A DNA stretch of 64,000 bases, from contig JACKDE010000002.1 in the NCBI GenBank assembly GCA_020633675.1, positions 624,644-688,643 on the forward strand. The letters are read 5' to 3'. The notes beneath the pieces were generated by a model. The model ran no database searches. It was given only the letters and a program-made list of their open reading frames with translations, and was not told the origin of the DNA. Source of the DNA: Deferribacteres bacterium (GTDB lineage: Bacteria; Zhuqueibacterota; Zhuqueibacteria; Zhuqueibacterales; Geothermadaptataceae). Below, piece after piece: positions 58,040 through 64,000 of this stretch (positions are counted from its first letter, which is position 1; each line of letters starts with the position of its first letter). The translations under genes and the position numbers were made by a program.

Positions 58040-58819
58040 TTAACGATTGCGTCCACCTTGTTTGGCGCCTTTTGGTCCGCTGCCGTCGCAGGTGCCTGTG
58101 CCAGTGCCGGCTCCAGCGTTGCCGTTGCGCATGCCTTTGCCAGCAGCAGCCTTGCGACCAGTACCATCCTGAGGCCGGACGTAGTCGGCATCGCGTCCGT
58201 TCGGGATGCCATCGCCATCGTCGTCCCGTGCCAGATCGTTGATGCCGTCGCCATCTTCATCCACGAAGCCCATTTTGCCTTTGCCCTTGAGTGGATTTTG
58301 TTTCACATAATCTTCATCCTGACCATTCGGGATGCCATCGCCATCTGCGTCAGCGGCATTGTCATTGATACCGTCGCCATTCGCATCAACAAAGCCGCGC
58401 GTACCCTTGCCTTTATTGGCCTTGTTGCCGCCTTTTTGTGCGCGACCATTGGCATTCTTCTGGCCACTGCCATCTTGCGGTGGAACCCAGTCCGGGTCCT
58501 GGCCGTTGGGAATGCCATCGCCGTCTGCGTCCTGAGCATAATCATTGACACCGTCACCATCTGCATCAACAAAGCCTTTTCCTTTGCCGGCATTCGGATT
58601 CAATTTGAGGTAGTCGGGATCCTGCCCATTGGGAATGCCGTCGCCATCATGATCCTGGGCGTTGTCGTTGATGCCGTCTTTATTTGTATCGACAAAGCCT
58701 TTGTCGGCTGGTTTGCCCTTATTTTGTTGCTGTGCGTAGGAATCCGTCGGGAGAGCGAAAAACAGACCGATTGCCATCAGTAAAGTGGCTGTTGCGAAAA
58801 AAGATGCTATGCGTTTCAT
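58040..58819 (-). CDS. Secreted calcium-binding protein with thrombospondin-type-3-like repeats
   Basis: Signal peptide. At least 4 copies of GFVD.[ND].DG[IV]ND.A.D.DGDGIPNGQD.D[YW]. AGGAG RBS. Confidence 0.7.
   Translation of the reverse strand: MKRIASFFATATLLMAIGLFFALPTDSYAQQQNKGKPADKGFVDTNKDGINDNAQDHDGDGIPNGQDPDYLKLNPNAGKGKGFVDADGDGVNDYAQDADGDGIPNGQDPDWVPPQDGSGQKNANGRAQKGGNKANKGKGTRGFVDANGDGINDNAADADGDGIPNGQDEDYVKQNPLKGKGKMGFVDEDGDGINDLARDDDGDGIPNGRDADYVRPQDGTGRKAAAGKGMRNGNAGAGTGTGTCDGSGPKGAKQGGRNR
58175..58710. repeat. Intragenic tandem repeat (about 120 nt period) encoding the TSP3-like units
   Basis: Visible DNA-level repetition (ggaatgccatcgccatc..., gttgataccgtcgccat...). Confidence 0.5.
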
Positions 58820-59256
58820 GATAAATCTCCTTTGATTTTTGAGAAATGAGTTTGAAACATGCTTGCTTTATTTGCCAATTTCTTGACTTGTCTCAGTTTC
58901 GCGGCTGGATTAATCAACTTGCGTGCCAAAATTATCCGGATAGCATTTTATCGGATTTATACCCTTTTAAAACAAAAGGTTAAGATGTTCAATTTGATGT
59001 GATTGTTTTTCAGAGCTTGGAGAATCAATTCGACGTGACAGTCGAAGAATCGACGAATTGGTCGGAGAACCGTATTTGCAGACGGACGCAAGAAGCACAT
59101 AGGATGGTCTGGGTACCAAAGGATAATTTCGGATTCGGGAGAAAGTGTGACAAATCCGGCAAGGCGGTTTCATCTTCGGCTGAAATGTGTTGCTCACGAG
59201 CCTCAGATTCAACATTTTGCGATAAAAATTGAGTGGAATAGAATCGAGGAGAGGAA

Positions 59257-61701
59257 ATGCCGATGAAACGACTGGTGCATGTCTTGATGACTTGGGGAGT
59301 GCTGTTAGCCGCTGTTGTGTTAATGCAGAGTTGTACCGAATCATCAACCAACCAAACGCTTGCCGACATCGATACCGTCAACGAATTATGGTATGCGCAG
59401 CCGGCGGACAAATGGGAAAGTGCCCTGCCTGTCGGCAATGGCCGTTTGGGGGCGATGGTGTTTGGTCGCACCGACGTCGAAAAGATCCAATTTAATGAAG
59501 ATACCCATTGGTCGGGCGGCCCCTATAGCACAACCGTAAAGGGTGGCTATGCCTATTTGCCGGAAATCCAGAAACTGCTTTTTGAAGGTAATTATTATCA
59601 GGCGCACCGCTTGTTCGGCCGCAAGCTCATGGGCTACCCCGTCGAGCAGCAAAAATACCAGTCCACCGGCGATTTGCTGCTAAAATTCGCTTCGCAGAGC
59701 GAAGTGAACGACTACAGCCACCGCCTGGATTTGACACGAGCCATCTCGACCGTAAGCTACAAACAAGATGGTGTGCAATTCACTCGTGAGGTTTTTTCCA
59801 CCGCTGTCGACCAGGTGATTGTGGTCCGTTTGACGGCTGACCAGCCCGGAAAAATCTCCTTCGTCGCCAACCTCAACGGCTATCGAAACACCGCGCATTC
59901 CAATTATGGCACAGATTATTATTACAAAGATGGCTACGGTCAGGATGGACTGATTTTGAACGGCAAGTCTGATGACTACCTCAGCATTGAAGGCAAACTG
60001 CGCTATCAGGCCCGCGTCAAAGCCGTGCCTGAGGGCGGCTCCATGAGAGTGGATGACGTCAATTTGATCGTCGAAAACGCCAATGCCGCCACGCTTTTTA
60101 TTGCAGCCGCGACCAATTTTGTCAACTACAAAGACGTCTCCGGCAATCCGCAACAACGCATCGATGACGTTCTCGATGCGATCCAGGGCAAAAACTATGA
60201 GGCGATCAGGGAAGCCCACATCCGCGACCACCAGGCTTATTATAACCGCGTCAGCCTCGATTTTGGCAATGGCCCCAATTCCACCCTGCCGACCGACAAG
60301 CGCATCAAAGAATTTGATGGCAAAAACGATCCGAATCTGGCAGCGCTGGCTTTTCAATTTGGTCGCTATCTGCTGATCGGCTCATCACGGCCGGGCACGC
60401 AGCCGGCAAATTTGCAGGGCATTTGGAACGATAAAATGAATCCCAATTGGGACTCCAAATACACCACCAATATCAATACCGAGATGAATTACTGGCCATC
60501 GGAAGTCGCCAATTTGAGTGAACTGAACGCGCCGCTTTTCAAGATGATCGAAGAATTGACCGATCAGGGTACCGATGTGGCGCGTGAGCATTACGGCAAA
60601 AGCGGTTGGGTTTTTCATCAAAATACCGACTTGTGGCGTGTGGCTGCGCCGATGGATGGCGTGCAATGGGGCACCTTTACGACTGGCGGCGCCTGGCTGA
60701 CGACCCATTTATGGGAGCATTATCTTTTTAACGGCGACCGCGACTTTCTCACGGATGTCTACCCGATTATGCGTGGTAGCGCCGCCTTTTTTCTCGATTT
60801 TCTGGTCGAGCACCCTCGCTACGGTTGGTTGGTGACCGCACCGAGCACCTCGCCTGAGAATTTCCCCGGCCGCCCTGGTAATGACAGCTTTGAAGACGAA
60901 GTGCCGGATTACTACACCCCCGGCATCACCATTTGTGTCGGCTCGACCATAGACATGCAGCTGTTAAATGACCTGTTTAGCTATGTAGCCGAGGCATCGG
61001 AGATCCTGGGTGTCGATGCAGATTTTCGTGAGCGCGTGCTCGCTGCGCGCGCACGACTGGCGCCGATGCAAATCGGCAAAAATGGCGACCTGCAGGAGTG
61101 GCTGGAAGATTGGGATCAGAAAGAAAAGAGCCATCGCCATATTTCAAATTTGTATGGACTTTACCCGGGCAACCAGATTTCCGCGAATCATACACCTGAC
61201 TTCGCCGATGGAGCACGCGTGGTGTTGAACCAGCGCGGTCTGGTTGGCAACGGTTGGGCGTCCGCATGGAAAATGGCGTGCTGGGCGCGATTGTACGAAC
61301 CGGAGAAGGCCATGGAGAATTTTCGCTACTACGCCAATCATTATGCCACCAACAGCCTGTTCGCAATATGCTCCGGCGCGCTGCAAGTTGATGGTTCGTT
61401 TGGCGTGACGGCTGCGGTGGCGGAAATGCTTCTGCAGTCCCATGAGGGCGAATTGAATATTCTGTCAGCATTGCCTAAAAGCTGGCAGAATGGCGAAATT
61501 ATTGGCTTGCGCGCCCGCGGCGGATTCGAAGTGGATATGCAGTGGCAAAATGGCAATTTAACCTCGCTATCTGTTCTGTCGATCGGCGGCAATACGCTCA
61601 ATTTGCGCTACCGTGACATCGAGGCGGAGCTGCAAACAGAAGCAGGCGAGCGCTATGCTTTTAACGGAAAACTTCTAAAAGTTGAAAAAGCACAAAAATA
61701 A
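59257..61701 (+). CDS. Glycoside hydrolase family 95 (alpha-L-fucosidase-like)
   Basis: N-terminal WYAQPADKWESALPVGNGRLGAMVFG is the GH95 N-domain signature. (alpha/alpha)6 catalytic region. 814 aa. Lipoprotein-like signal. Confidence 0.75.
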   Translation: MPMKRLVHVLMTWGVLLAAVVLMQSCTESSTNQTLADIDTVNELWYAQPADKWESALPVGNGRLGAMVFGRTDVEKIQFNEDTHWSGGPYSTTVKGGYAYLPEIQKLLFEGNYYQAHRLFGRKLMGYPVEQQKYQSTGDLLLKFASQSEVNDYSHRLDLTRAISTVSYKQDGVQFTREVFSTAVDQVIVVRLTADQPGKISFVANLNGYRNTAHSNYGTDYYYKDGYGQDGLILNGKSDDYLSIEGKLRYQARVKAVPEGGSMRVDDVNLIVENANAATLFIAAATNFVNYKDVSGNPQQRIDDVLDAIQGKNYEAIREAHIRDHQAYYNRVSLDFGNGPNSTLPTDKRIKEFDGKNDPNLAALAFQFGRYLLIGSSRPGTQPANLQGIWNDKMNPNWDSKYTTNINTEMNYWPSEVANLSELNAPLFKMIEELTDQGTDVAREHYGKSGWVFHQNTDLWRVAAPMDGVQWGTFTTGGAWLTTHLWEHYLFNGDRDFLTDVYPIMRGSAAFFLDFLVEHPRYGWLVTAPSTSPENFPGRPGNDSFEDEVPDYYTPGITICVGSTIDMQLLNDLFSYVAEASEILGVDADFRERVLAARARLAPMQIGKNGDLQEWLEDWDQKEKSHRHISNLYGLYPGNQISANHTPDFADGARVVLNQRGLVGNGWASAWKMACWARLYEPEKAMENFRYYANHYATNSLFAICSGALQVDGSFGVTAAVAEMLLQSHEGELNILSALPKSWQNGEIIGLRARGGFEVDMQWQNGNLTSLSVLSIGGNTLNLRYRDIEAELQTEAGERYAFNGKLLKVEKAQK

Positions 61702-61871
61702 CACAGGTAAAGCATATATTGGTGAGATTTTTCGCAACAAAAACAGCAGTGTACCTGTCCTAAACTGCGTGCTCAATCTCACATTAACTAAATTTGTGCC
61801 AACGAATCGTCACCATGCTCTAAAAGCTATATGTTACCTTTCAAAATGATGACTTATTTACAGGAGATCTC

Positions 61872-63479
61872 ATGAAGAACAAACGCCTGAACATGCTTGC
61901 TGCAATGATGATGTTGTTGTTTGTCAGCAGTGCAGCGCTCGCGCAGTACGGCAGCGTCGAGAAGATCACGGCTGCCAATCTGAAAAACCACCTGACTTTT
62001 ATTGCGGCAGATGCGATGGAAGGCCGCGACACCGGCTCGCGCGGATTGAAAACCGCGGCGAATTACATCGCTGCGCATCTCGAACGCTGGGGTGTTAAAC
62101 CTGCCGGCGATGAAGGCAGCTACTTTCAGAAAATTACGCTGCTGAAACACACAGTCGATCTTGATCAAACCAGCGTGAAAATCAATGATCAGACTTTCAC
62201 GTTTGGTGATGACTACCTGGCACAGCCTGCTACTGCTTCAGCGAGCGGCAAAATGGTCTATGTTAGTCATGGTTGGGTCATTAAAGACAAAAACATCAAC
62301 CCGTACGAAGGGATTGATGTCAAGGGCAAAATCATGGTGGTCAGTGAATCGCTGCCGCCGGGCATGTCTTTTCGCGATTTGCGCGGCGCAGGCGAGATTG
62401 TGCGTCCGGATCAGTACGGTCGCGAGCATGGTGCACTCGGCGCGATCATTATCCCGGGCGGGCGTTCGCTGGGACGCTGGGAACGCAATCGCGAGCGCGC
62501 AACAGAGACAGGCGTGATCGAAGTCGAAAAATTCAAATCGGAAGAAGAAGCGGAAGAACTGCCGATCATTACTGCGGCAGAAAACCTGGTGAAGGTTCTT
62601 TTCGAAGACGAAAAACACAATGCTGAAGCCGTTTTGGCGGCTGCGAACGGCGGCGATGAAGTGCCGGCTTTTGAACTGGGTGCGGAAAAAACCGCCAGCC
62701 TGAATATTGTCTCCAGCACCGAAAATGGCTATACGCAAAATGTCGTCGGCATTGTCGAGGGCAAGGACAGCAAATTAAAGAACGAGTACGTTGCAATCGG
62801 CGCACACTATGATCACGTCGGTATTGGCAGAGCGATAGACGGCGACGATCTCTACAATGGGGCAGATGATGACGGCTCCGGCACCGTGTCTGTACTCAAT
62901 ATTGCCGAGGCGTTTGCTACCGGCGCGAAACCAAAACGTTCGATTCTGTTCGTTTGGCACACTGGCGAAGAGAAGGGTTTATGGGGCTCGCGCTACTTCA
63001 ACGAATTTCCGACCGTGCCGCACGAACAGATCGTCGCGCAACTCAACATCGATATGGTTGGCCGCAGCCGCGCGGAAGGCGACACCAATCCTGCCAACGA
63101 CGAACTCGCCGGTCCGAATGAAGTGTACGTCATCGGTTCGAAAATGATGAGCACTGAGCTGGGCGAGCTGAGTGAGAAAGTCAACAATAGCTATCTCAAA
63201 CTCGATTTCAACTATAAATATGATGATCCTAATGATCCGCAGCGTTTTTTCTATCGCAGCGATCATTTCAACTATGCACGCCATGGCATTCCGATCATTT
63301 TTTATTTCACGGGCGTTCATGAAGATTATCATCGCCCATCTGATACGATCGATAAAATCGATTTTGTCAAAATGGAGAAGATTGCCCGCACCATCTATGC
63401 TACTGGTTGGGAGCTGGCAAATCGCAACAAACGCCCCGAAGTGGACAAGCCTTTGCCGGAACAGTTGTCGGGCAGATAA
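61872..63479 (+). CDS. M28-family zinc aminopeptidase with PA domain, secreted
   Basis: Signal peptide. HYDHVG ... DDGSG ... EE ... H metal-ligand pattern of M28. Confidence 0.85.
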   Translation: MKNKRLNMLAAMMMLLFVSSAALAQYGSVEKITAANLKNHLTFIAADAMEGRDTGSRGLKTAANYIAAHLERWGVKPAGDEGSYFQKITLLKHTVDLDQTSVKINDQTFTFGDDYLAQPATASASGKMVYVSHGWVIKDKNINPYEGIDVKGKIMVVSESLPPGMSFRDLRGAGEIVRPDQYGREHGALGAIIIPGGRSLGRWERNRERATETGVIEVEKFKSEEEAEELPIITAAENLVKVLFEDEKHNAEAVLAAANGGDEVPAFELGAEKTASLNIVSSTENGYTQNVVGIVEGKDSKLKNEYVAIGAHYDHVGIGRAIDGDDLYNGADDDGSGTVSVLNIAEAFATGAKPKRSILFVWHTGEEKGLWGSRYFNEFPTVPHEQIVAQLNIDMVGRSRAEGDTNPANDELAGPNEVYVIGSKMMSTELGELSEKVNNSYLKLDFNYKYDDPNDPQRFFYRSDHFNYARHGIPIIFYFTGVHEDYHRPSDTIDKIDFVKMEKIARTIYATGWELANRNKRPEVDKPLPEQLSGR

Positions 63480-63501
63480 TTCGATTTAACCTGCTTTATG
63501 T

Positions 63502-63538
63502 ATGGGATTTGGTACTTGCCAAATCCCATTTTTTTTAT
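63502..63538 (+). terminator. Rho-independent terminator after the M28 peptidase
   Basis: atgggatttgg-tacttg-ccaaatcccat stem (11 bp) followed by T8. Confidence 0.7.
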
Positions 63539-63765
63539 CTGAAATAGCTACATTCCTACAGAGTGCGAGCGACAATTTCCGCTTTGCCCATATATTAGCG
63601 CATCCATTCTGTGGGGGAATTTTGCTTGACTTTGCGCACCTGTGTGTGCATTTTGAGGGTGTTTTCACTCAGCAAATGCGTTGTTGTCGCGTTTGTGTTT
63701 TAAGCGTCGAACCATCTCCTGCGCGCCACACCATTATGAATGCCATTTTTGAGTATCATACCACA

Positions 63766-64000
63766 TGAAATCAACACTTCTCTCCCTGTTTGCGATCAGC
63801 TTGATTGCCTGTTCAAGCCAAAATCAAATCGAAATTAACGTTATCGATGCTGACACCCGGCTGCCAATCGAAGGCGCGCGTATCTATGTCGATGATCCGC
63901 CATTTGCCGCCAGATCGGATGTGCACGGCAAGGCTTTATTGCCGGAAACGAGTGGTACGGCAAAGATTACCGTGCATGCTAAAAATCACCTTCCTGCGAA
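63766..64000 (+). CDS. Partial (5' end) lipoprotein with carboxypeptidase-regulatory-like beta-sandwich domain
   Basis: MKSTLLSLFAISLIACSS lipobox. IEINVIDADTRLPIEGARIYV pattern. Runs off the window end. Confidence 0.5.

Noticed and set aside
1-64000. Checked for CRISPR arrays, rRNA, tRNA, integrases and transposases
   Set aside because: No direct-repeat/spacer arrays, no rRNA-like conserved stretches, no tRNA cloverleafs found by eye, and no ORF with a DDE or tyrosine-recombinase signature.

Overview
This 64 kb window is densely coded bacterial chromosome of about 50% GC with no rRNA, tRNA, CRISPR array or recognisable transposase. The gene content points to an FCB-superphylum-like organism rich in sigma-54 regulation, but that is an inference from content, not a taxonomic call. 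It includes secreted sulfatase, GH3, GH95, M28 and S9 peptidases, TSP3 repeats, TPR lipoproteins and orphan FtsX-type permeases. Five sigma-54 enhancer-binding proteins (EBPs) are present.

Identifiable core genes:
- A conserved housekeeping cluster: ubiA-family prenyltransferase, dtd, maf, rodZ-like, mpl and an R3H protein, followed by ferritin.
- A sulfatase plus EEP-phosphatase pair.
- Two classical histidine-kinase/NtrC-type pairs.
- An ALDH, a DSD1-type PLP enzyme, a GT4-GT2-DUF4292-TPR envelope cluster and pepP.
- A staphylococcal-nuclease-like gene, a metallophosphoesterase, an AEC transporter, and GH95 and M28 peptidases.

Most unusual loci, in descending interest:
1. A tight minus-strand operon (57784 to 51540): outer-membrane beta-barrel, periplasmic pentaheme c-type cytochrome, sensor kinase, sigma-54 response regulator. 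It looks like an uncharacterised redox or extracellular-electron sensing relay.
2. A partner-switching module (Cache-HAMP-PP2C phosphatase, RsbW-like kinase, STAS antagonist) co-transcribed with a GAF sigma-54 activator instead of a sigma factor. A winged-helix gene and a terminator sit immediately upstream.
3. A Psp/Lia-like envelope-stress island: PspF-like activator, a clean sigma-54 promoter, a LiaI-like small membrane protein, PspA, an NfeD-like protein and flotillin.
4. Two paralogous ~110-nt intergenic elements (about 2229-2349 and 4942-5062) that may encode a conserved small hydrophobic peptide, each upstream of a minus-strand gene.
5. A 1.4 kb AT-rich single-gene islet (893-2050) encoding an unrecognisable membrane-anchored 385-aa protein.
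6. A 982-aa GH3 (NagZ-like) plus beta-lactamase-fold fusion.

All calls come from reading the ORF translations and the DNA by eye. No database searches were run.
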